This document shows, piece by piece, positions 25,899 to 37,689 of a DNA stretch of 64,000 nt. This DNA is from Mobula hypostoma (Eukaryota), in assembly GCF_963921235.1 (NCBI RefSeq), contig NC_086097.1, positions 185,444,001 through 185,508,000 on the forward strand, read 5' to 3'. The translations under genes and the position numbers were made by a program. The first letter of the stretch is position 1. Each line of letters begins with the position of its first letter. Under the pieces are notes generated by a model that did not search any database, was not told the DNA's origin, and worked only from the letters and a program-made list of their open reading frames with translations.

Positions 25899-26580
25899 TT
25901 AGATTTTAGATTAGATTATGAGGACACTCAGTCCTCATTTATTGTCATTTAGAAATGCATGTATTAAGAAATGATACAATGTTCCTCCAGAGTGATATCA
26001 CAGAAAAATAGGACAAACCAAAGACTAACACTGATATAACCACATAATTACAACATATAGTTACAGCAGTGCAAAGCAATACCATAATTTGATAAAGAGC
26101 AGACCATGGGCACAGTAAAAAAAGGTCCCAAAGTCCCGATCAACTCCTGATAGTCCCCGATAGCAGGCAGCAAAAGGGAAAAACTCCCTGCCATAAACCT
26201 CCAGGCACCGACAACTGTCGATGCATTGGAAGCACCCGACCACAGCCGACTCTGAGTCCGTCCATCCGAAAACTTCGAGCCTCCAACCAGCCCTTCCGAT
26301 ACAGCTTCCTGAGCACCATCCTCTGCCAAGCGCCTTCGACCTCGCCCCGGCCGCCGAAACAAGCAAAGCCGAGGATTCGGGGCCTTCTCCGGAGATTCCG
26401 GACCACACAGTAGCAGCAGCAGTGAAGCAGGTATTTCAGAAGTTTCTCCAGATGTTCCTCCGTACTCTCATATCTGTCTCCATCAAAGCAGAATTGTGCA
26501 CAGTATCCTACTTGACACATAACAAATATCATTCGGCGGAGTGGCCGTGTGCACTGCATCGCGCGGCCATCTTCTCTTCT
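25899..26580 (-). mobile_element. Non-coding, non-autonomous retroposon, copy 1
   Basis: Homologous over ~650 bp to 45355-45989; 5' AAGATGGCC; 3' AATAAA, 8-bp stem-loop (25918-25938) and (TAATC)n tail; interrupts a Rex1 copy. Confidence 0.8.
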
Positions 26581-27015
26581 GAAGACTTTAGAAGTTTTGG
26601 AAACTTGTAAAATTAGTCAGCTCTATCATGGGTACCAGCCTCCAAGACATCTTCAAGGAGTGGTGCATTAGGAAGGTGATGTCCATCATTTAGGATCCCC
26701 ACCACTAGGACATGCCCCCTTCACACTGTTACCATCAGGAAGGAGGTACAGAAGCCTGAAGGCACACACTCAGCAATTCAAGAACGGTTTCTTCCCCTCT
26801 GCCATCCAATTTCTAAATGGACATTGAACCCATGAACACTACCTCACTGCTTTTTTATTTGTTATTTTGCACACTTATTTTAACTTAACCATTTAATAGA
26901 CAGACTTAGTGTAACAATTTTTTCTCTATATTTATGATGTATTTCATTGTACTGCTGTTGTAAAGTTAACAAGTTTCACCACATACAATATGCTGGTGAT
27001 ATTAAATCTGATTCT

Positions 27016-27680
27016 AACACCCCACCAAGCCACTTACAGAGAAGGTTTAGCTCTTCACTAGGTTTGAGACTTAGTGCTTCCACAGTATTGCAAAGGCTTG
27101 ACTTCCAGGACAGATTGTTGGTAGATTGTCACAGTATGACTAAAAATGTTCACCAATGTCTAAACAAGCCAGATATAATGTAAATGTAGCTTCAGAATGA
27201 GGACATTGAGGAGAGTGGTTTGCCAAATGTATGTCCTGGGGTGGGTAGTAGTTCTGTCTGTCCATGTTGTGCAGCTAGTAACATCTATTGGATGAAGTCT
27301 TTGCTGTGATGGAACTGCAGAAGAGGGTGTCTTTGCTGCTGTAGACCTTGACTGTCAATAGGTAGAGCAGATGAAAGACATGTTGGCTGTGTGGTATGCA
27401 CAGCTTCTCCTTTTAGAGCTGGAAAACTGTCTTTTTATAGCCAGATGGCATTTGGACATACTGTATTACTTTGTCAGATGCATTGGCTGTTGTGATGGCA
27501 AAGCATGACTGATTCTTGTTTTAGACTGAACACTGTTTAAGTCATCTGCTGCTTCATACACCTTTGCCTCTGCTGATGCAGCCTCAGCTTTACCCTATTC
27601 CTGAATGCTTTTTTTGTAGCCTCTACATGTGCTCTCTCCATGTCTATACTTGCTTTTTCTGTTTCCATCTCAACTTTGCA
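27016..27680 (-). mobile_element. N-terminal part of the BEL/Pao gag that continues at ~20594
   Basis: Minus strand reads AEAASAEAKVYEAADD and SWKSSLCNTVEALSLKPSEELNLLCKWLGG, joining ..ARRVRAVHINN..QRLDKCYGSPEAI at ~20580-20485. Confidence 0.75.
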
Positions 27681-29100
27681 TTAGCAAGGATAATGCTGAG
27701 GCTTCCTAAGGCACTGGTGAGGTCTCACTTGTAGTATTGTAAGCAGTTCTGGGCCCCGTATCTAAGAAAGGATATGCTGACATTCAAGAGGGTTCAATAG
27801 AGGTCCACGAAAATTACTCTGGGATTAAAAGGCTTATCATATGATGGCTCTGGGCCTGTACTCACTGGAATTCAGAAGAATGAGAGGGGGTTCTCATTGA
27901 AACCAATCGAATGTTGAAAGGCCTCGATGATGAGGATGTGGAGAGGATGTTTTCTATGGTGGGGGAGATTAAGACCAGAGCACACAGCCTTGGAATAGAG
28001 TGATGTCCATTTAGAACAGAGATGAGGAATTTCCTTAGCCAGAGAGTGATGAATCTGTGAAAATTTTTGCCAAGTCATTGGGTATATTTAAGGTAGAGGT
28101 TGATAGATTCCTTCATGACCTGACTAATCAAGAATCTAACAATACAGGGAGAAGGCAGGAGTTTCAGACTGAGAGGGAAATGGATCCACTATGATGAAAT
28201 GATGGAGCAGTCTTGATAGGCCAAATAACCTAATTCTGCTTCTATACCTTTTGATCAATGATTTGGATGAAAATGGAGATGGGTGAATTAGTAAGATTGA
28301 GGGTGATACCAAGAATGATGGAGTTATGGACAGCGTAAAGGAAAAACAAGGAATACAGTTACAGATATAGGCAGAGTAATGGCAGATGAAGCTTAATCTG
28401 AACAAGTGTGAGGTGTTGCACTTTGGGAGGTCAAATGAGAAGAGAATGTATACTGTTAATGGTAGGGCACTTATAGCATCAAGGTGCAGAAGGATCCTGA
28501 GGTCCAGGTCCTCAAAGGATAAGCTGGTAAAGAAGGCGTATGACATGCTTTCCTTCTCTGGTGGGATTGGTGAGTCTCAGATGAAGGAAGTTATGTCACA
28601 GCTACAATATATGGAACTTCAGTCACACCGCATTTGGAGTACTGTATGTACTTCTGGCCACGCCATTATATGGAAGGTTGTGGAGAGGGTGTAGAAGGTG
28701 CTTACCAGGATGCAATCTCGGTGAGCTATAATGAAAAGTTAGACAAATTTGAGTTGTTCTCCCTAGAGCGTCAAATTCTGAGGGGAGGTCTGATCATGGT
28801 TTTTAAAATTGAGAGGCATAGACTTTTCCTCAAGATAGAAATGTCAAACACCAGAGGCCATACTTTTAAGGTTAGAGAAAGAAAGGCTTAAGTTTTTTTA
28901 CAAGGAGAGTGGTGGGTGGATTGGGTTACCAGTGGTAGTAGTAGAATCAGGCAGTTTAATGGAGTTCAGGAGGCTTTTTGATAGACATGAATATGGAGGG
29001 AATGGAGGGATATGGATGATGCACAGGAAGAAAACATTTAGTATAAATAGACAAAGATCAGCATAACATTGTTGGCTGAATGACCTGTCCAACGCTGTAC
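27681..29100 (+). mobile_element. Two tandem decayed CR1 3' fragments (~27681-28250, ~28250-29100)
   Basis: LNLNKCEVLHFGRSN, EYCMYFW, SNTRGHTFKV; CR1-type 3' UTRs. Confidence 0.8.
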
Positions 29101-30554
29101 TGTCACGTCAGTATTCCTCAAGGGCCTCTGCCAGACTATTCTGTGTCACGCAAGACCCAAGGAGACACTTGTTCTAGGATCAGCCTTGCACATGATAAAA
29201 ATTCAGGAAGGTTTTCTCCACAACCTCCCACAACTGGGAAGAGTCGAGGTCACAGGGTGTAGGAATGTAAAAACTAGAAGTATGGGTGGTACAAAGCTCT
29301 TGGGAGTTTTCTCCACCACTCAGTCCTTCTGTGCCTCGCCTATCTTCCTGCCTGATTCCTGAAGTGAATTTGGGAGCAGATTAGAGTTTGTCTTGGTTCT
29401 CTGTACCCAAAGACTTTGAGGGATGGAATCACTGAAGAAGGAAGATCGTGGGTTGGGGGATGGTCTGGAGGTTTCAGGTGATGGCAGAAAGATCCTACTA
29501 AGGATGGCAACTGAGTGAGGAGAGAATAGGTTGAGAAGAGGCAATGGTTGTGATTTTTAAAAATCGGAGGATAGTGTGGAGGATGTAGGGAAGGGGAAAG
29601 AGTTAAGGACTGAGAGATGACTGGAGATAGTGATAGGGTGGAACGTGACTGATTTGAAAGCAGGAGGTTGCAGTGAGGCAGGGGGCAGATTAGTTGTGGT
29701 AGTGATTAGGTAATGTTAAATTAAGCAACACCAAACTAGATCTCAAACTTCATTCCCACATTTTATACAATACAATTTTGTGTGATATTAAAACCTTTGT
29801 TGATTGCAAGGCTGTTTTTGTTAATATCAGAAAGAAGTGCAATCCCATTTGGTTTTATCAGTGGTTTTGCCATTGTTCTAATGGCACACCCTAGCCAAAC
29901 CTCATCTCTGGAAATACAGGTGGTAACACGAGCATTGATCGCATCACTATCCATCTCCTCCTCCTGTGCTCTACCCTTTGTCCTTCCTGCAGCTCACCAT
30001 CACTATAGAGGACATCTTAAATATGTCTTGGCACCTGAAGAACATCATCTTCATACCACAGGACCATCCTCACAGAAAGCCAGCAAGAACCTGGGGGGGT
30101 CATATGAAGCTTATTCCAGTGACATTGGACTTCTTGGGTCGAACTTGATTATTCCTTGTTTCCCATCAGCAACCTGTCATACGCTTGTAGGTTCAAAACA
30201 TCAGGGTGCTTCGAATGGCTCAGGACAAAAATAAAACGAGCATCATGGCAGGCTCACACAAAAGTATCTTTTAGCAGTTGGTCATTACCTTTACACTGAG
30301 GAAGTGCAATTTATTGTGGTTAGCAAATACTCCTGACTGCATGCGTTGCTCTGTGCGTGTGGAGTGGACAACACTCTCTGGCTGCAGGAGGACAGCAGAG
30401 TGCCCATTCAGGTGAAGTTGACATCACTACCATCCATACTCAGACAGCCACCTATTTTCTGTTAACTGTAGAGCCCTGGAGTGATCTGAAGAAGACTTTT
30501 GACACTGAAACAAACAGTGAAATGAAACATTTATGTAAATAACCAACACAGCCC

Positions 30555-30770
30555 GGCAGCCTACAAGTGTGGCAATGCTTCCAGGGCCAGCAAAGCATAC
30601 CCACAACTTACTAACCCAAACATATATGCTTTTGAAATATGGGGGGAATAAAAAACAGGAGCACCTAGAGGAAACCTATATGGTACAAACTCCCTGCGGA
30701 CAACAGCAAGAACTCAAACCCCAATCTTCCAATTGATATGCTGTATGCTAACCGTCATGCTACTGTACCA
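30555..30770 (-). mobile_element. Decayed tRNA-derived SINE (V-SINE/HE1-like)
   Basis: Plus strand GGAGCACCTAGAGGAAACC...TACAAACTCC...GCTAACCGTCATGCTACTGTACC matches the reverse complement of V-SINE head and central domain as I recall them. Confidence 0.6.
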
Positions 30771-30867
30771 TCTTTATTTGCTGGGAACTATGACCTTGAG
30801 AGCATTTGTTAATGGATAACCACCAAGTCGAAAAGGAAGCAGGTCAGGTCTTGCAATGATTCAGTTT

Positions 30868-31590
30868 ACCAGAGCAAGATAGGCCACCTGGAAGAGTGGT
30901 GCTGCAAAAACAACTCTCACTCAACATCAGCATAACTAAAGAGCTGAATGTTGACTTCAGAAAGGAGGAGGACAAACGTGCCAGTTTATATTGAGATATC
31001 GGCAATGGAGATAGTCAGCAGCTTTACGTTTCTGAGTGTTAACATATTGGATGACCTGCTCTGGACCCAGTGCCCGGATGAAATCTTAAGGAAAGTACAC
31101 CAGCATCTTTACTTTGTTAGGAGGTTTGGCTTGTCATCAAACACACTAACAGATGTTCTGCTGAAAGTATCCTGACTGGTTTCATCTGGTCAGGTACTGC
31201 AACTCAAATATGCAGGAATGTAAGAAGCTAAAGAGAGTAATGGACTCCACCCAATACACCATGGGCACATCCCTCTCCACATTCAGTAGTACCTACAGGA
31301 AATACTGCCTCAGGAAGGCAATGTCTATCATCAAAGATCCCCACCATTTTGGCAATGCCATCTTTTCACAGCCACCATCAGTCATAAGGTACAGGAGCTT
31401 GAAGTCCCACACTACCAAGTTCAAAAACGGTGACTTGCCTTCAACATTTGGTTCATGAACAAACCACTAAAACCATGATTAATACAGTCTAATGTTATGA
31501 ATATTTTGGCCACTTTACACTAGAATGGACTTCATTTTTGTTTTGTTCTGATTCTATTTTATTGTAAAAATTTTGTATAATTTATGCAGA
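30868..31590 (+). mobile_element. Decayed Rex1/Babar-type LINE 3' fragment
   Basis: SFTFLSVNILDDLLW..KVHQHLYFVRR and RKAMSIIKDPHH..RYRSLK. Confidence 0.75.
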
Positions 31591-32774
31591 ATGGTAGGAT
31601 TAGTACTCCCTTGCTTCTGCAATCTACAGGCTTTCATAATTCATTCTCACTCTCATCTAAACCCCACTTTTTAAACTCACTGCATTTCCTTACAGCAACA
31701 GCATCCTAAACAACAAAGTTGGGCTCTCAACTAAAAATACATGTTAATAAAAATAACAAATATCCAGCAGTGAGTCACAAACAGCAACTTAGTCTTGGGT
31801 CCTGCTGGTATTCATAAGTTGTTCAAGCAAATAATTCATTAGCATTACTTGAGTAAATTACTGCATTTAATTCACAGCCAGTTGCCTAATATTCTACTTT
31901 TAGACTTACAAAAGTAACTATAGCCATCAGCTTTCTGCCTCACTCTGTCAGCCTGCTACACATAAAAGGAGGCTTATTAATAAGGTGCTGTGATTTCAGT
32001 TTTGGACACACTATGTGCCTGTTCACACTGCACTCATAATATGATTATCACCACTATCCAATAGAAATAACTAATTTACATATTTTATGGTGACAGTTGC
32101 AGGAAGGTATTTAATGTATGCAAAATACATGGAGTCTAATTGTTTTTAAACAATTGGCATTTATTATGCAAGTCATTTATGTGTAGCTGATACCAAACAG
32201 GCCTTGAAGGAACTGCATCACCCCAGGCCTTAACATCTGTTTTATTACCCAAAACAGATATCCAAGAATCTCTATATATCTTTCACAAATGTTTTCATTA
32301 AAGTACAAAAATTAAATGTTCTTCAGTTACACAGAAATTCCAGATTGTTATGGGGTAACAACTGAATATCTATGACTCTGGAAAACTGGAAAAGGGAAAA
32401 GGTTTGTGATGGAAAGCAGTTTAACAGCTTGATTGCAGGGTTTTAATAATAGTGCAATTAAGAACACTTAGCATGACAACACTACCATATGAACTGATTC
32501 TGTTATAGATGCAAGGAAGTGAATTTCCAAGCGTTTTTTTCCCTCTCCATCAGATGAGCTGTGTAATCAGTAGAAATGTAGTGTAACCAGAGTTTACTCC
32601 ATTTTCCCATTTCCTTAGCCAAAATTATGTCAGATAATTAGATAAACCCAGTAGAAATTCACATCAAAACTTTAAATATTCTGAACATGACAGATTCCTG
32701 TTGGTTGTTGGAACAGCACTTGGCATGAAGCATTTGATGAGAAATTCTAAACTGCTTAATCCTTCCAAGTACCA

Positions 32775-33640
32775 AAGTCACAGAGTGATAGAGCAACAAA
32801 ATTGTCCCTTCAACCCATCATGTCCATAACATCCGCACTATGCCACTTGTTCACATTGGAACTGTATCCTCCTTTGCCTTGCCTACTTAAGTGTGTTTTT
32901 AAATGCCTCATTAAAGTTGTAATTGTAACCATTCCACCACTGTCTTTGGCATTGAGCTCCAGATAACAACCACTCTGTTTTAAAAAAAAAATTATTCCTC
33001 AGATTCCCTTTAAATCTCTTTCCTCTCATTTCAACCTTATGGCCTTTTTTTTTGATATTCCTACCTCGGATAAAAAGTTTTGACTATCTACCCTATTTGT
33101 GCCTCCTATAATTATATATACTTCTATTAGGCTACCCTTCAGTCTCCATCATTCAATGGAAAACAAGCTCAAACCATTCAATCTCTCCCCACAACTAAAA
33201 TTTTCCATTTGAGGCATAATTATGTTGAATCTGCTCTGCATTTGCTCCAGCATAATCAGATCCATCCTATAATGTTGTGACCAGAAGTGGAACAATACTC
33301 CACTGTTTCATATAGATCTATGACATTGAGCATACTATGTACCTTCTTCACCACCCCATTGACCTGCATTGACACGTTCAGGGAACTATGAACTTGGATC
33401 AGTCAGTATCCCTGTCTATCTATATTCCTTGATGCCCTACCATTTACAATATTTGTTCTGCACTTACTTGACATCCCAAAATGCATCACATCACATTTGT
33501 TGGGATTGAATTCCATCTAGCAATGCCCAGCTACAGTATCTGATCTACATCCTGCTGTATCCTTAGACAACCTTCCACATTATGCACAACACTGCCAATT
33601 TTAATATCATCTGCAAATGTGCCAATCATGCCTCCTACTA
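32775..33640 (-). mobile_element. Old decayed CR1 3' fragment
   Basis: Colinear with other minus-strand CR1 copies; FADD-coding ATCATCTGCAAA at ~33606-33617. Confidence 0.6.
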
Positions 33641-35280
33641 ATCATCCTCTTTTCCTTCACAGCAAACATACAAGATCTTTTGTGCGATCTGCATTAGTGA
33701 AGCCTATAGGGAGCTAGTGCATTTGAAGCTTGTAGATTGGTTTAAAAAAAAGCAAGTGTGGATTAGTGCCAGTTAGAGTGAAGCCTGCTGATAAACTAAT
33801 GTTGCCATAATAAGCTATTCCCTGTTTATAAAATAATGATATCATGAAGGCTACTTCTTTGAACTTCCTGTAGCTCTTACATCTGTGATCAATTTGTAGG
33901 AAACTTGTGTCAACATGTGATTGTGATTTAAAAGCTGTAGCACTAATGCAGCCTATTCCAAATTTACTAAAAAAAAACTCTGCAATTATCCTGTGGGGTA
34001 TTAGCTGACAAACTAAATAGGGTAATGTTCAAGAAGACTGTAAATCCAAAGAGTGAAGGATGAGACATTCATGCTACTCACCCAACTAAGTTGGTACAGG
34101 GGCAGAGTCATTTCAATGATCAGGTCTAATTTAAATTAATTTTGTGAACAGCTAGCATGGATTGCTCTCCCAATAGATCAACAATGATTACATTGAATGG
34201 CAGATTAGGCTCCAGAGGCTAATGGCCTATTCCCTTTTTCCTGTCTTCCCATACACCTAATAGGAAGCTCTCCAATTAATAGAGTAGAAACCCTTCAGGG
34301 TGGCTTTAATGGACAACAGCTGCTCTCTGCAAACAGAAACTTGCACACTGGTAGACAAAATGTTTTCCAGTGGTCTGAGACAACAGTGAGACACCATTAC
34401 TGAACACAGAAAACCACACACCCCATTCCTTCAATGAAGGACATCCCTTTCCAAAACGAGTAGTTCTAAAACAAACTTGCAAAGAAATGTATAGCAGAAA
34501 GGTTGCAGTGAAGAAATTCTTTAATGATTTGAACTAACTTTCATGGCTGTATATTGGTACTTGCATCATGGCAACAGGGCAGCATACTATACTACTGCTT
34601 CATATGCCATTGCTCATCTCTGCAACTACAGTCAGATTCTGAGAAGCCACTATCCACCTATCCAGGAGCTCTGACGGTTCTGTATCTGGCACACCAGATT
34701 ACGTTTGCCATGCTTTCCTACAGCCTACTGGGATCAAAGTTTCTATTCTCCCTTTCCTTCCACTCACTATGGCCCCAGTACCCATGCAGCCTGAAAACTT
34801 ACCTGGTTTACTGGAAATTTCATTTTAATACTGAGTTGCATTTTAAGAAAGGTGCATGAAAAATGTGTTGGTGTCTTAATATAAAGATTATCTAATAATC
34901 TAGAAATCCCTCTAATGTGCTGATTTTTACTATATACGCGCACTTGTCCTTACCTGTCTTTTTCACAGTTCAAAGTATGGATACCAAATACAACCTTGAC
35001 ATTCTTTCTATTCTCTCAATTTTCTGTAAAGTTCTTTCCATTATCATCATCAGTAAGGAAGAAAATCTGTCCAAAGGAACTGACGTTTAATCTTACCTTT
35101 GCAAGGACCCTTACAGACATTGGAACCCATGCAAAGCATAAAAATTGAATTTTACCATGGCACTGAGAGGAGTAAATATTTAGAATGATATTTACGTAGG
35201 ATGGCAAATCATCAGCAAGCCTTCCTACTTCAGATCTTATACTGGAAGGAAAGTCATTGATAGTCGGGCTCAGGAAAATG

Positions 35281-36010
35281 CACACAAGAAATTCTGCAGA
35301 TGCTGGAAATCCAGAGTAACACACATAAAATGCTAGAGGAGCTCAGCAGGTCAAACAGCATCTATGGAAAGAAATAAACAATTGAAATTCCAGGCTGATA
35401 TCCTTCACCTGGGCTGGACAGGAAAGGAGAAGAAGCCAGAATATGAAGGTGGGGGAGGGGAGAGTACAAGCTAGAAGGTAATAGGTGAAGCCAGGTGAGG
35501 GAGAAGGTAAGAGTGTTGGCGGGGGGGTGGAGAGAAGTGAGAAACTGAATGTGACAGGTGGAAAAGGTAAAAGTGCTGAAGAAGAATGGATTGGATGGTA
35601 GAGGAGAATGGACCATGGAAGAAAGGGAAAGAGGAGGGGCACAACAGTGAGGTGATAGACAGATGGGAAGAAGAGAAGAGTTTGGAAACAAGCCAGAGTG
35701 GGGAATAGAAGAAGAGGAAGGGGGAAAAATTACTGTAAGTTAAAGAAATTGATGTTCATGCCATCAGAATGGAAGTTACCCAGAATAATACGAAGTGCTG
35801 CTCCTCTAACCTGAAAGTGGCCTATTGTGACAGTAGATGAGGTCATGGACTGACATGTCAGAATGGGAAAGGGGATTGGAATTAAAATGGTTGGCCACTG
35901 AGAAAAGGACAGTAGAGTGGCAAGGGTGATGAGTAGAATTTGGAGAGAAAAGCAGTCAATCAAACACAGATCCTCGATAGGTCCAATCAGGGAGGCCTGA
36001 ATATGGAGCT
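35281..36010 (-). mobile_element. Older Penelope-like 3' fragment (GIY-YIG C-terminus + pLTR, degenerate hammerhead)
   Basis: SQWPTILIPIPFPILTC and HSDGMNINFFN match the frames of the younger copies; pLTR tail at 35281-35420. Confidence 0.78.
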
Positions 36011-36269
36011 GGAAGTCATGTGGAACAAGATGACACAGAGACAAGGACAAGTGGCTATGGTAGCAAATCAGTATAAGGTCTAGAGGATCTTTAATAAACA
36101 TAACCATCTTCTTTCCTTGGAGTAAAGTGGACAGCTAAAACAACTGGCAAAGACATGATGGGTCACCTGCCTCTTTCTGATTCTATAGTTTCCCATGGGT
36201 ATTAAATACATACATATCCATGCTAGAGTATTAGAAAAGTGATATGCTAGACCAAACAGAAATAGTTTG

Positions 36270-36405
36270 ATCAGTCCTGCCAAAGGATTTCGGCCCAAAA
36301 CTTCGACTGTACGCTTTTCCTAAATGCTGCCTGGCCTGCTGAGTTCCTCCAACATTTTGTGTGTGTTGCTCAGATTTCTAGCATCTACAGATTTTCTCTT
36401 GTTTG
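36270..36405 (+). mobile_element. Short Penelope pLTR-derived element with degenerate hammerhead
   Basis: AGTC-CTGCCAA..GGCCC-AAAA-CTTC-GACT at 36273-36308; 7-bp flanking repeat TAGTTTG at 36263-36269 and 36406-36412. Confidence 0.72.
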
Positions 36406-36719
36406 TAGTTTGGTTAGAGTTAGGCATATATGTGTACATTACTGAGGCTATTCTATAGATCCTAATTTGTGTGTGGGGCGGAGGTGGAAGCAGAATTTGC
36501 TGGGAAATCACAGAAATGAGCAAAGCTGAAACGGTGATGATGACAATGTTTAGGAGATGTTCAAGGAGAACCTTTAATATACAATTGTGCTTTAGAAAAC
36601 ACCTTAGGGAAGACATGAAGGTCTTAGAGGGTGCAGAAGAATGTTTACAAAATGCTTTGAGTAATGAGGGACTTCAATTACATGGTTTGACTAGGAATGA
36701 CAGGGATATTTTTGGAACG

Positions 36720-36892
36720 GAAGAAGAGGAACAATAGCCCTTAACTCGGCAGTGGAGTTATCGGGGCACCATCTTTTGACGATTCTTGTTTTTACGAGGC
36801 CCAGTTGCTAGCTCGACACTCATCCCGACTTGGATTCAAACTCGGGAACCTTTGCTCTGGAGTCCGGTGCTGATATTATTGCACCACCAAGC
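36720..36892 (-). mobile_element. Short tRNA-derived SINE
   Basis: Minus strand GCTTGGTGGTGCAATAATATCAGC (A-box-like) ... GAGTTTGAATCC (B-box-like), a short body, then a (CTT)-like tail. Confidence 0.65.
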
Positions 36893-37257
36893 AAGGTTTG
36901 GAACAGAAAAACACAAGAAAATAGGATCAGCTCCTCAAGACTGCCCTGCCATACTATATTATCATGGCTGATCTCCACTAGCCTCAACTGCTCTTCTGTA
37001 CCAGTTCCCATAAACTTTGGTTCCTCAAACTTTCAAATACTTAACTCCACCTTAAATACATCTAATGATCTGGCCTCCGCCATCTTCCAAGACAAAGAGT
37101 TCTAGAATTTCTCGTAGAAATTTCAATACAAAGAATTTCAAAGTTTCAAAGTACCTTTATTATCAAAGTATGTATGCATTATACAACTCTGAATTTTATC
37201 CTCCTGCAGGCAGCCACAAAACAAAGAAACCTTGTGGAACCCACTTGCAGAAAACTG

Positions 37258-37620
37258 TTGGGGAGATGCGTTTGAAAGCAGAGTTGATGGTGGAGGAAGG
37301 GAAGCCCCTTTATTTAAAAACAGAGGACATCTCCCTCATCCTGGAATGAAAAGCCTTATCCTGAGAGCAGATGCGGCAGAGACGGAGGAATTGCGAGAAG
37401 GGGATGGTATTTTTGCAAGAGACAGGGTGAGAAGAGGAATAGTCCAGATAGCTGTGAGAGTCAGTAGGCTTATAGTAGACATCAGTCGATAAGTTGTCTC
37501 CGGAGATAGAGACAGAAAGATCTAGAAAGGGGAGGGAGGTGTCAGAAATGGACCAGGTAAACTTGAGGGCAGGGTGAAAGTTGAAGGCAAAGTTAATAAA
37601 GTCAACAAGCTCAGCATGCG
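37258..37620 (-). mobile_element. Internal Penelope RT fragment
   Basis: Near-identical to ~23770-24125; no pLTR or GIY-YIG. Confidence 0.85.
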
Positions 37621-37689
37621 AGAATAATTCAGTAGGACCAACCAGAGTAGGTCTTACACAGCATAACAGAGAATAACTTGTGTTGTTAT

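Larger units (their letters stand above)
20596..27015 (+). mobile_element. Rex1/Babar-type LINE in three pieces (~20596-22088, ~25513-25898, ~26590-27015)
   Basis: GDFN endonuclease motif ~20652; [39 protein letters not shown]; frame continues ISDGD | RKTYRSEMYHLVEWC across the inner insertion; ends ATTAAATCTGATTCT. Confidence 0.85.

Noticed and set aside
26048..26610. Several 104-139 aa ORFs in the GC-rich element
   Set aside because: Frames are not preserved in the second copy at 45355-45989; likely a by-product of GC content.
35016..35324. Minus-strand ORF with AG..GTAAG exon-like boundaries (~35097-35162)
   Set aside because: Peptide is unrecognisable and I found no partner exons.
36820..36892. 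tRNA gene
   Set aside because: A/B-box-like head without a complete cloverleaf, continuing into a SINE body and tail.
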